Positions 7,862-16,582 of a DNA stretch of 32,000 bases are shown piece by piece. Position 1 is the first letter of the stretch. Every line of letters starts with the position of its first letter. Below the pieces are notes generated by a model. It did no database searches, was not told the origin of the DNA, and saw only the letters and a program-made list of their open reading frames with translations. The translations under genes were made by a program, and so were the position numbers. Source of the stretch: Pontibacter rufus (lineage in GTDB: Bacteria; Bacteroidota; Bacteroidia; Cytophagales; Hymenobacteraceae); NCBI RefSeq assembly GCF_015694705.1, contig NZ_JADQDR010000005.1:327447-359446 (forward strand). The letters are read 5' to 3'.

Positions 7862-9728
7862 TTTCCTGCATCCAGTTTTCCAATACCACCAGCGCCCATA
7901 CCCGCGACCAGGTAACGGCAGCATCCCCATTAAGGAAACGCTGCCACAACTGCTGCAGCGCTGTGGCCTGCAACAGACCGCGCCTGCCCAGGCTTTGTAT
8001 CTTTTCGTCGGCAAAGGTATACAGCTCCTGCTTCAGCCAGTGTTGCCAGGGCAGCACAAAGCCCATCTTCGGCCTGTTGATGATCTCCATCGGCAACAAA
8101 TCTCCCAACGCCTCCGTCAGCAATTTCTTAGGAGATACAGGATATTTATACTTGTCCGGCACGCCCAGCACATATTCCACCAGCTCATAATCCAGGAACG
8201 GCACGCGCACTTCCAGGGCATGGGCCATACTCATCTGGTCGGTATCGCGCAGCAGCGTGTTTTGCATGTAGGTGCTTATTTCGGCCACCGACACCTGGCT
8301 CAGGAGCGGCAACCTGTCCTGCTGCTGTTCCTGCACCTGCTGGCTGGCCGCTACTATCTGCTGCACCCGGTTACTTTCGAGCACTTCACGGCCTGTGAGT
8401 TGCCGCAGGTACGCATCGGGGAGCACCTGGCGCGTAATTGGGTAGGACTGATCCAGCTTCCAGGAAGGCAGGCTTAACAACTCGTTTATTTTATCCGAGG
8501 AGACAGACGGCCTCAGCGCGGCCAGCGAGCGGCCGGCCATGCGCCGCATCCCCAGCGGCAAAGCGGCTAACCATTGGTAGCGGTGCAGGGTGGCCATGCG
8601 CTTAAACACATCATAGCCGCCGAACAGCTCATCACCGCCCAGCCCGGAAAGCGCCATCGTGATGCCGGCTTCCCTGGTTACCTTCGAAACCACATACGTA
8701 TTCGGGCCGTCGCCGCTCGGGTGGTCCATGGCCTGCAGCGCAGCCGGTATCAGTTCCAGGAAGTCGTTGGGCGACAGCTTTATCTCGGTATGGTCGGTGT
8801 CAAATTTTTTGGCAATGGCGGCGGCATACTTTGCTTCGCTGAACGCTTCTTCGGCAAACGTGACCGCAAAGGTTTTTACACGCTGCGAGGCTACCCGGCT
8901 CATCAGCCCTACAATGGCGCTGGAGTCGATGCCGCCCGACAGGAAAGCGCCGAAGGGCACATCCGCTACCAGCCGCCGCGCAACTGCCTGCTGCAGCAAA
9001 TTATGTATATCCTTTTTTACTTCCGGGTAAGATTTACCGGCAGCTTCGTAGCTGGCATTCTTTTCCGGCGACCAGTAAGCCGTTATTTCCACCTGTTTAT
9101 CCCGGACATGGATGCAGCGGCCGGGCAACAGCATCTGCACGCCCTGCACCATCGTATCGGGGGCATGCACTGTCTGGTAACGCACATAATCTGCAAAAGC
9201 CGCTGTGTTGAGCTTGCGGGGCACCAGGCCGCCGGCCAGCAAAGCCCGCACCTCCGAAGCAAACAGCAACACATCACCCTTCTGGTAAAAGTATAAAGGC
9301 TTAATGCCCAGCCGGTCGCGGAAAATGAAGGTTTCCTGCCTGGCCCTATCCCAAATAGCGAAGGCAAACATGCCATTGAAGCGGTGTACGCAGTCGCGGC
9401 CCCATTGCTGCCAGGCGGCCAGGATGACTTCCGTATCGGTTTGCGTCCGGAAAGGATATTCCGGGAGCTGCTGTTTCAGTTCGCGGTAATTGTATATTTC
9501 ACCGTTGAAGATCAGCACCAGGTTACCGTCGGCGCTCACCATCGGCTGGTGCCCGGCACCGGACAAATCGATGATGGAGAGCCGCCGCTGGCCAAAAGCC
9601 ACCCCGGGTTCTACCAGGGTGCCGCAGTCGTCCGGTCCCCGGTGGGCAATGGCCCCGTTCATGGCGTCCAAAATCCGCCCGGCTTCCGCTGTTGCTGCTA
9701 TTCCAAGAATGCCACTAATGCCGCACAT
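7845..9728 (-). CDS. asnB: glutamine-hydrolysing asparagine synthase-family amidotransferase (WbpS-like role likely)
   Basis: 627 aa. N-terminal nucleophile MCGISGILG, the Ntn-amidotransferase domain, then the PP-loop synthetase motif AFLSGGIDSSAIV. Its 3' end overlaps the next GT4 start by 17 nt (7845-7861). Confidence 0.9.
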   Translation of the reverse strand: MCGISGILGIAATAEAGRILDAMNGAIAHRGPDDCGTLVEPGVAFGQRRLSIIDLSGAGHQPMVSADGNLVLIFNGEIYNYRELKQQLPEYPFRTQTDTEVILAAWQQWGRDCVHRFNGMFAFAIWDRARQETFIFRDRLGIKPLYFYQKGDVLLFASEVRALLAGGLVPRKLNTAAFADYVRYQTVHAPDTMVQGVQMLLPGRCIHVRDKQVEITAYWSPEKNASYEAAGKSYPEVKKDIHNLLQQAVARRLVADVPFGAFLSGGIDSSAIVGLMSRVASQRVKTFAVTFAEEAFSEAKYAAAIAKKFDTDHTEIKLSPNDFLELIPAALQAMDHPSGDGPNTYVVSKVTREAGITMALSGLGGDELFGGYDVFKRMATLHRYQWLAALPLGMRRMAGRSLAALRPSVSSDKINELLSLPSWKLDQSYPITRQVLPDAYLRQLTGREVLESNRVQQIVAASQQVQEQQQDRLPLLSQVSVAEISTYMQNTLLRDTDQMSMAHALEVRVPFLDYELVEYVLGVPDKYKYPVSPKKLLTEALGDLLPMEIINRPKMGFVLPWQHWLKQELYTFADEKIQSLGRRGLLQATALQQLWQRFLNGDAAVTWSRVWALVVLENWMQENGIEV

Positions 9729-9755
9729 TGTTTTGTTTTATACTGTATATTTTGC

Positions 9756-9788
9756 AAACCCGGTAGGTTTTAAAAACCTGCCGGGTTT
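9756..9788. repeat. intercistronic palindromic element, copy 2 (AAACCCGGTAGGTTTTAAAAACCTGCCGGGTTT)
   Basis: A stem of about 14 bp (AAACCCGG-T-AGGTT / AACCT-G-CCGGGTTT) lying between the GT4 stop (9825) and the asnB start (9728). A 10-nt direct repeat GTTTTATACT occurs at 9735-9744 and 9785-9794. Confidence 0.6.
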
Positions 9789-9824
9789 TATACTAGAGAG
9801 GTCATTTCTCTATTCAACCGCCCC

Positions 9825-10895
9825 TTACGCTTCCTCTCCCTCTTTCACCAGCGCCATCAGTTTGGCGGCCCATATAGCCGGCGTATTCTGCTGCGCCAGG
9901 CTTATACTTTGTTCGCCCATTTCCAGCAGCACTGTATCCGGCAGCAGCACCACCTGTTTCAGTGCGTCTTTTATTCCGGTCACATCGCCTGCTTTAAAGG
10001 AAAAGCCGTTGACGCCTTCCTGCAAAAAAGCGGTGGCCGCGCCTACCTGCCGGCTGCAAAGCAGCGGGAATCCGGCAGCGGCAAACTCATGCACCACCAC
10101 TCCCCAGGGCTCGAAATGCGAAGGTAAAACAAACACCCCGGCCTGGCTAATAAATTGTGTTATATCTTTAGGCTGCACAAAGCCAAAGTGCCTGATGCGC
10201 GGGTGCTGTGTCGCCACCGGTTCCAAGGGGCCCGTACCCAGGCACCACAGTTCCCAGTCGTTCGGCACCTCTTCCTGCAGCTGCACGAAAGCCTGCCACA
10301 GTTCCGTAATCCCTTTCTGTGGCACATAGCGGCCCACATACAGGAAACGTTTCGGAAAGGCAGCATGCTTGGCTGCGTTTGCAGCTGCGCCGGCCTGCTG
10401 AAACATGGCAACATCAGCGGCATAGTAGCCCTCCAGAATGCTGTCCTCCCGGAAACCCAGCTTCCGGGCATATTGCTTTTGCGGCGCACCCGCCACAAAA
10501 GCGTGCGTAAACAGCTTCTGTAAGGTAAAAGGAGCGAGCAGGCGCGCCAGTTGCTGTTTCGCGGAGCCGAACCAGTGGTTGTCCATCCCCACCAGCAAAG
10601 GCACCCGCTTCTGAAAGCTCCTGACCACCGCCAGGTAGTCCTTGTCCAGCCAGCCACTGCAGAAGAGTAAATCCGGATTAATGCTTTGGGCCAAGGCAAC
10701 CAGTTGGGGGCGCGTATAGTCCTCCTTCTCGTACACACATACGCCTTCGGGGATCGTGAACTGAAAAGGGGCTTCTTTGTTAACCGGCCAGCGCACCAGG
10801 TGCACCTCGGCCTGGTACTCCGTCACCAGCGCCTGCACACAGGCCAGAAAATATTCCGCGAGTTCGGTGTACAGAAAAAGGAACTTTGGTTGCAT
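9825..10895 (-). CDS. family 4 (GT-B) glycosyltransferase
   Basis: 356 aa. GT-B C-terminal motif LPSHFEPWGVVVHEFAAAGFPLLCSRQVGAATAFLQEGVNGFSF. Confidence 0.85.
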   Translation of the reverse strand: MQPKFLFLYTELAEYFLACVQALVTEYQAEVHLVRWPVNKEAPFQFTIPEGVCVYEKEDYTRPQLVALAQSINPDLLFCSGWLDKDYLAVVRSFQKRVPLLVGMDNHWFGSAKQQLARLLAPFTLQKLFTHAFVAGAPQKQYARKLGFREDSILEGYYAADVAMFQQAGAAANAAKHAAFPKRFLYVGRYVPQKGITELWQAFVQLQEEVPNDWELWCLGTGPLEPVATQHPRIRHFGFVQPKDITQFISQAGVFVLPSHFEPWGVVVHEFAAAGFPLLCSRQVGAATAFLQEGVNGFSFKAGDVTGIKDALKQVVLLPDTVLLEMGEQSISLAQQNTPAIWAAKLMALVKEGEEA

Positions 10896-11019
10896 GTAAG
10901 ATAATGTTCTGGTACTTCTTTATTGTTATACATTGGAGCTCTTCGCGGAAAAGCGCGCGCTGCGGCTCCTCTCCCATTTCCTGCTTACCCGATGGCCGTT
11001 TCAAGTTGCAGGGCGCCTG

Positions 11020-12402
11020 TCAGGAATGCAAAGGCTCTGGCATGGCCGGAACCCTTTTGTTACGGTCAGGCCGGGCAATAGCTACTGCAGGCGCGTCTTT
11101 CACGATATATATCAGCAGCGTCAGCATGATAAGTAACAGGATAGTATAAGGATTAAGTGAACCGATAAGCCAGGACTCCACCATGTTGGAGGCAATGACA
11201 GCAAAGACTATGGGGATAGCTAAATAAGATCTATTAGCAGCCTTCCAGAACAGCACGCCCCAGCCAGCCACAAACAGAAACAAACCTATCAATCCAGTAT
11301 CAAGCCATACAGTCAGAAATGTATTATGTGCATTACCTTCATGCCCTAGCCTACTGAGCTCGTAAAAATGCTGGTGATAAATGTACTCGGTATAGTTAAA
11401 GCCATTTCCTACCCAAGGGCTTTTCTGTATCTGCTCCCACGCAAACGCACGGGCCACTACCCTGCCGCCACCCGCCTCTAATGAATCAACCCTTAAATAG
11501 TCTTCAAATCCAAAAGTACTGGCAATTGCCACAATGTCAATATCAATAAGGATAAGCATTATACCTATTGCCGCAGATAATATCAAGCCCGCTGCCTTAT
11601 TGCGCCTCGAAAGAAATTGCGTAACAACAAAAATCAGCAATGATAAAGTTTGCCCTCTGGAACCACTCCATAAGAGCGACGCTATAATGAGAACAGGAAT
11701 TAATAGATGCTCTCTTTTTGAAAACAGGTGCGGGAAGTAATGCTGTACTATGTAGTAAAGTATATAAAACAGAAAGCAAAAAATACCCAATCCATTCGGA
11801 TTACCCAAAGCACCAGAAGAACGGCCGCCATAATTATACATTACAATTGTCGGATTTATCATGTATAGCACAAATCCGGCAACAAATACAGCAACACCGC
11901 TAAGAACGAAAGTGCGGAGAAACTTCTCCCCATAGGTTTCATAAAGCGCATAGAATGTTGTAGGCCCAATAACTATGAGAAGTAAGTAAGAAATAGTTTT
12001 CTGAAAAGCTGATAATGCAGCCGGGCTATATATAATACATAACAGGGCTACAAGTATAAATGGCAGGAAATAAACATACCATTTAATGTATGTCTTAAAT
12101 GAAAATGTCCCAACTTTGCCTTTCATCAAAGCTAAGGCAAAAAGCACTACAACTAAGGTTTTAAGATCTTGTGCAAATCTAAGCTCAGGATGCCTGCTGT
12201 CAGAAAGAATAATGATAAAAATAAATCCGATGAAACAGTAGACGATTTTTCCTTTATTGAATAGAAATACTAAGTGCAAAAATATAAGGGGCAAAGCTCC
12301 ATAACGCAGAACAACACCAAAAGCCAGCCATAGCAGCATGGTAAGCAGGAGTTGTTTGTTTGTATAAATACCCTGTGAAACTGCGCTATGCTTTAAGAAC
12401 AT
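11020..12402 (-). CDS. wzy: O-antigen polymerase/ligase-family membrane protein (Wzy-like)
   Basis: 460-aa polytopic membrane protein with about 10-12 hydrophobic spans. It has a Wzy_C-like loop (LLWSGSRGQTLSLLIF) and a large loop, ...RVDSLEAGGGRVVARAFAWEQIQKSPWVGNGFN.... Confidence 0.75.
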   Translation of the reverse strand: MFLKHSAVSQGIYTNKQLLLTMLLWLAFGVVLRYGALPLIFLHLVFLFNKGKIVYCFIGFIFIIILSDSRHPELRFAQDLKTLVVVLFALALMKGKVGTFSFKTYIKWYVYFLPFILVALLCIIYSPAALSAFQKTISYLLLIVIGPTTFYALYETYGEKFLRTFVLSGVAVFVAGFVLYMINPTIVMYNYGGRSSGALGNPNGLGIFCFLFYILYYIVQHYFPHLFSKREHLLIPVLIIASLLWSGSRGQTLSLLIFVVTQFLSRRNKAAGLILSAAIGIMLILIDIDIVAIASTFGFEDYLRVDSLEAGGGRVVARAFAWEQIQKSPWVGNGFNYTEYIYHQHFYELSRLGHEGNAHNTFLTVWLDTGLIGLFLFVAGWGVLFWKAANRSYLAIPIVFAVIASNMVESWLIGSLNPYTILLLIMLTLLIYIVKDAPAVAIARPDRNKRVPAMPEPLHS

Positions 12403-12472
12403 TTCAACTTTACTGAAGAGCTTATTTGTCTAAAAAAGTACTTTTATCCTACTAACGATATATGAACTTCAC

Positions 12473-13384
12473 CTAATACATAGGCAATCTAATCCATTCT
12501 CTGAAGGCAGTAAAAGATAAGGGAGCTCTTTTGGTCTTAATATAAGCAGAATGTTGCAAATATCTTTTCATACCCATTGTAAAACTCATCAGGTTATTCT
12601 TCCTTATGCACAACTCCCAAAATAATCTTGGCACATAATATAAAAGTATCGAAGGTAAAGTTACGAAAGGCAAATAAAGGGACAGCACAATGAGATAATT
12701 TGAGGAAAGCATCATATTGCGCCACGTATACCCATATATCCCTTTATCTTTTTTAGAATCTTTCTGGGTTTGTCGGAGTTTAAAGTCAACTCTATGGTGA
12801 ACAATTAGATCATCCCTGGTAACAGTTTGGAAGCCTGCTTTAAAAGCTTTTAGAGAGAAATCTAATTCTTCACAATAAAAAAAGAGTTGTTCTCTGTACA
12901 GTCCTACCTTTTCCAGCACTTCTCGCTTAATGATATGACCACAGCCGATAAAATTTTTAATATTTCTTATCGCAGCGCCTTCTATCCTAACTTCAGGCAA
13001 TTGCAACTGGTTGAATACATGGAAGTTAAATATGCCATAATGTGCTTTGGACTGCAAAATGGAAATCGCTTCAGTTACATGTGCCGGATCTATAAAGCAG
13101 GAATCGTCATCTAAAGAAAGAACAAAAGGCCTATTTGTAATAGACATTAAATAGTTGCGATTGCTGATTAACCCTTGAGCAATGCTATTGTACTTTATTA
13201 AAATTCCAGGATGAGCCCTTTTAACGATTTCAAAAGTGTTATCCGTCGAAGCATCATCTACTATAAAGATATTTGTCTCCGGAATGCCATACCTTAACAA
13301 CAGTTTTAATGTTTCTGTCAAATCATTAACCCTGTTACGCGTTGTAATAATAATATCTACTAGATGTATTAGTTCCATTTTCAT
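12473..13384 (-). CDS. family 2 glycosyltransferase
   Basis: 303 aa. VDIIITTRNRVNDLTETL...IFIVDDASTDNT...LSLDDDS (DxD). Confidence 0.85.
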   Translation of the reverse strand: MKMELIHLVDIIITTRNRVNDLTETLKLLLRYGIPETNIFIVDDASTDNTFEIVKRAHPGILIKYNSIAQGLISNRNYLMSITNRPFVLSLDDDSCFIDPAHVTEAISILQSKAHYGIFNFHVFNQLQLPEVRIEGAAIRNIKNFIGCGHIIKREVLEKVGLYREQLFFYCEELDFSLKAFKAGFQTVTRDDLIVHHRVDFKLRQTQKDSKKDKGIYGYTWRNMMLSSNYLIVLSLYLPFVTLPSILLYYVPRLFWELCIRKNNLMSFTMGMKRYLQHSAYIKTKRAPLSFTAFREWIRLPMY

Positions 13385-13477
13385 AAAAGCGAAGACGTGG
13401 CAAAAATGTCAATTTCTTATACATTAACAGGTCATAAAAATTTTGAATCAATTATAGCTAAACACAAAAGGTTGCTA

Positions 13478-14608
13478 CTAATGATGAATAACCTCAATTA
13501 GTTTTGTTATAAATATATTTACAGGATCATCAGAGTAAATATCTTTTATAGTTCTTTTTGCAATTATCCCTAAGCTCTCCCACTGTTTTTTTCTTTCCCA
13601 AGCACTTTCTAGCGCACGGCTAAAATGCTCTTGTGTAGCTGCCTCGGCAACAAAGCCGTTTAAACCATCTTTAACCAACTCACTATGCCCTGCTACATCA
13701 GTTACCACAGCCGTTCTGCCACAATACATGGCTTCAATTAAAGATAAAGGCATCCCTTCATATCTTGATGTTAAAACCAGTAAATGGTTCTGATTCCAAA
13801 TATCAGTAACATTCGAAACATGCCCTTTAAAATTTATGTTATGGGTACCACAGTATGCTGCAAGCTTTTTAGCTAATTTTGTATTCCCCATTCCATAAAT
13901 ATTTAATTTAAATTTCCGCTGCTCCCATTGTTTTTCGGCAAAGCATTTTAATAGAATGTCTGTTCCCTTATGGGTAAAATCAAGCCTGGCAACATGAGCT
14001 ATATTAATAATATCTTCATTTGGCCAATTCAGTTCTGGAACACTATTAAGATTAAAAGGATTTGGTATTACAATAGCGTTATTCAACTTTTCTGCAATCT
14101 GAGTTTGAAATAATTTCAGATTGCTGTTAGAGACAAAAAAAGCTGCTTTAGCGGATTTAAATGCCTCTGCAATATCGTCTACATTTGTATCTGTTGGCCA
14201 TCCATATTCCGTATTAAGCTGTGAAATTGAACAATAGGAAATTTTTTTGTTCTTGCAGTATAACATTAGGTTATATGCCCCGAAACAAGTCGCTTGGGAG
14301 AAAACAACCATATCTGGCTTTTCTTGATAAATATGTTCTTCATATGAGTTCTTTATAAACCCTCTGTAAGAGATTAACTGAAATTTGTCCAAGGCCTGAC
14401 AAAGAGTATCTCTGTAAGTGCTTTTTCTGTATTTTATTATAACACCTTCATCAATCAACCTTTTGATTTTTGGATGCACTGTACCATAATAACCTATTGA
14501 GGCGGCTATTTTATATCCCTTATGCACTAACCTGACAGCAGCTTGTGACCACAGTTCTTCACTCCCTCCCCAAGGTGAGCCAGCTGTTGTAATAAAAAGT
14601 ATTTTCAT
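13478..14608 (-). CDS. family 4 (GT-B) glycosyltransferase
   Basis: 376 aa. MKILFITTAGSPWGGSEELW... and TSRYEGMPLSLIEAMYCGRTAVVTDVAGHSELVKDGLNGFV. Its start directly abuts the stop of the upstream gene (14608/14609). Confidence 0.85.
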   Translation of the reverse strand: MKILFITTAGSPWGGSEELWSQAAVRLVHKGYKIAASIGYYGTVHPKIKRLIDEGVIIKYRKSTYRDTLCQALDKFQLISYRGFIKNSYEEHIYQEKPDMVVFSQATCFGAYNLMLYCKNKKISYCSISQLNTEYGWPTDTNVDDIAEAFKSAKAAFFVSNSNLKLFQTQIAEKLNNAIVIPNPFNLNSVPELNWPNEDIINIAHVARLDFTHKGTDILLKCFAEKQWEQRKFKLNIYGMGNTKLAKKLAAYCGTHNINFKGHVSNVTDIWNQNHLLVLTSRYEGMPLSLIEAMYCGRTAVVTDVAGHSELVKDGLNGFVAEAATQEHFSRALESAWERKKQWESLGIIAKRTIKDIYSDDPVNIFITKLIEVIHH

Positions 14609-15874
14609 TTACTGAAATAATTGAATTAGTCTGTCGGTAGCTTTAGGATATGAGTGCTGTTCAATATCAGCTTCGATTGTAGCTGGGATGGAAGTTCGAT
14701 AGAATTCAAACAATGAGAGCAAGTCCTGCAAGCAATTATCAGGGCTAATAATCACACCATAGCTATTACTTCTAATAAATTCTGAAACTAAACCTTCTTT
14801 AGAAACTAAGATTATAGGTTTATGGAAAGGCAGCAATGCGATATTTTTTGTGGTTAAATTATCTTTCCAATTATCCCCAAGAAATGAAAGTAAGAAATTA
14901 GCGTTCGAAACTTCATTATAAAATTTTTCCTCAGATACTTTTTCTTTCAGCTTAACGCTATCTTCTATCCCTAAATCTTTAACAGCATTCGATAACATAT
15001 TATGCTGTCCGTATAAACTAACCTCAATTTTACTATAAAGAGCACTATCTCTATTCTTAATCTGCTTTAAAGCTTTCAACAAAGGAATAAAAGCATCAAC
15101 TACCGCAGTAGTCGTGATTGTCCCACCATATATAAATCTATATTTATCTTCTTTGGATTTAGAAACAAAACCAAAATTGTAGTCATCAGGATCATAATTA
15201 TGAGTAAAAAGCTGGAATTTTTTTTGATCAATATACTCGTAACGTTTTTTAAAATCCTCTAACATAGGTTTATATGTAAATAGAAGAAAGTTCGCATTTT
15301 CTGCAGTATATTTCTCCATCTGTTCTTCTACTCTTAGAACTCTCTTACTGATATTAGTTAATCCATACACTTTACCATCTAACCAAGAGTCTCTAAAATC
15401 ACATATGATATTTAATGAGGGGAACTCATTTTTAAGTAGCGTCACATAATAGTTAGATCGATGCGGCGGTCCAGTACTGATTACATTGGTAATTTTATAT
15501 TCTTTGATTAGTTTCCTAGAAATTGAAAGAAGATTATTCTTCCAAAATAATGCTTCATCTTGAACAATACCTTTACCGCAGATCTGTAAAATCAGACCTG
15601 CGACTTTTCTTATTAACCTGTTGAAGAGCGAGGAACCATTATTTAGTAATCTATGCGGATAACTATTATCAATGTAATATGTTTTAATGTTCTTAGACTT
15701 GATATCATTCGTCCAATTAGTACTTACTTTATCCTTTGAAGGAGGAGTTGCACCAACAACATGTACTTCATAGCCCTTCAATGCTAAGTACTTAGCGAAT
15801 TTAGCCCATCTCCTGCCACCGATTGCAGGATATGGAGGGAAGGCGTAAACGACAAGTAATAATGATTTACTCAT
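14609..15874 (-). CDS. probable GT-B glycosyltransferase (GT4-like N-domain, divergent C-domain)
   Basis: 421 aa. The N-terminus LLLVVYAFPPYPAIGGRRWAKFAKYLALKGYEVHVV resembles GT4 N-terminal domains. I see no clear EX7E motif. Confidence 0.6.
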   Translation of the reverse strand: MSKSLLLVVYAFPPYPAIGGRRWAKFAKYLALKGYEVHVVGATPPSKDKVSTNWTNDIKSKNIKTYYIDNSYPHRLLNNGSSLFNRLIRKVAGLILQICGKGIVQDEALFWKNNLLSISRKLIKEYKITNVISTGPPHRSNYYVTLLKNEFPSLNIICDFRDSWLDGKVYGLTNISKRVLRVEEQMEKYTAENANFLLFTYKPMLEDFKKRYEYIDQKKFQLFTHNYDPDDYNFGFVSKSKEDKYRFIYGGTITTTAVVDAFIPLLKALKQIKNRDSALYSKIEVSLYGQHNMLSNAVKDLGIEDSVKLKEKVSEEKFYNEVSNANFLLSFLGDNWKDNLTTKNIALLPFHKPIILVSKEGLVSEFIRSNSYGVIISPDNCLQDLLSLFEFYRTSIPATIEADIEQHSYPKATDRLIQLFQ

Positions 15875-16509
15875 TTTATTTCATCTGGCCTAGCTATCGC
15901 CGTAAGCACAAGTTCGTTTTTAGGAGTCACTATAAAATTACTTGGGATTGATTCTTTAATTAAACAATTAGCACCGATGACTACATTATCACCAATAATT
16001 ACATCCTTAAGAATTGTGACATTTGAACCTATCCAACAATTATTGCCAATTTTAACTGTCCCTATACTAAACCCTTGTTCTTTCACATTCATGCTTCGAT
16101 CTTTAAATCGATGATTGTGGTCATAGATTTTAACGCCTTCTCCTAGTATGGAATTATCTCCTATACAGACATCCCCCATGCAGTTAACGGAGCAACTATT
16201 GTTAAAGAATACATTATTGCCAATTAAGATGTGGCCAGCATCTACAAAAAAGTGGCAATCATTTCTCATGCTCACATTATCTCCAAATTCGATCAAGCTA
16301 TCTTGATGCAAAATGTTTAGGCTGAATCTTCTCCCGATAGATAAGCTGTTTTTAAACTTCAAATTCTTACTAAATAGCAACTTAAAGAACCCTAACTTCA
16401 ATCGTTTGGAAACTAAAAGTTTGAAATAATAAAACTTAATTATGAAGATTCTAATCATTAAAATAGGAATGGATCGGAAAATGCTTGATCTAATTTTGTG
16501 GTATTGCAA
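15871..16509 (-). CDS. hexapeptide-repeat (LbH) O-acetyltransferase
   Basis: LbH repeats IGNNVFFNNSCSV...IGDNSILGEGVKI...IGNNCWIGSNVTILKDVIIGDNVVIGANCLI. The track start at 16509 is a TTG and the first ATG is at 16458, so the 5' end is uncertain. ATGA overlap with the next gene (15871-15874). Confidence 0.8.
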   Translation of the reverse strand: MQYHKIRSSIFRSIPILMIRIFIIKFYYFKLLVSKRLKLGFFKLLFSKNLKFKNSLSIGRRFSLNILHQDSLIEFGDNVSMRNDCHFFVDAGHILIGNNVFFNNSCSVNCMGDVCIGDNSILGEGVKIYDHNHRFKDRSMNVKEQGFSIGTVKIGNNCWIGSNVTILKDVIIGDNVVIGANCLIKESIPSNFIVTPKNELVLTAIARPDEIK

Positions 16510-16582
16510 TTAATTAAAAGATAATGTAAGCTAAACACTTTGTGCAACATTAATTAGATTAGAAGATAAATCATCCAATATA

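Noticed and set aside
7862-8014. 51-codon N-terminal extension of the GT4 ORF (track start at 8014)
   Set aside because: The extension overlaps 170 nt of asnB coding sequence and reads as Cys/Arg/Trp-rich low-complexity peptide. The GT4-typical N-terminus (KRILITIDWFLPGYKAGGPIQS) begins right after the ATG at 7861.
7824-10329. Plus-strand ORFs of 217, 240, 123, 129 and 279 aa (7824-8477, 8574-9296, 8659-9030, 9384-9773, 9490-10329)
   Set aside because: All are antisense to asnB or the GT4 gene in about 60% GC DNA. Their products are Arg/Gly/Pro/Ser/Cys-rich with no recognisable motifs, so they are shadow ORFs.
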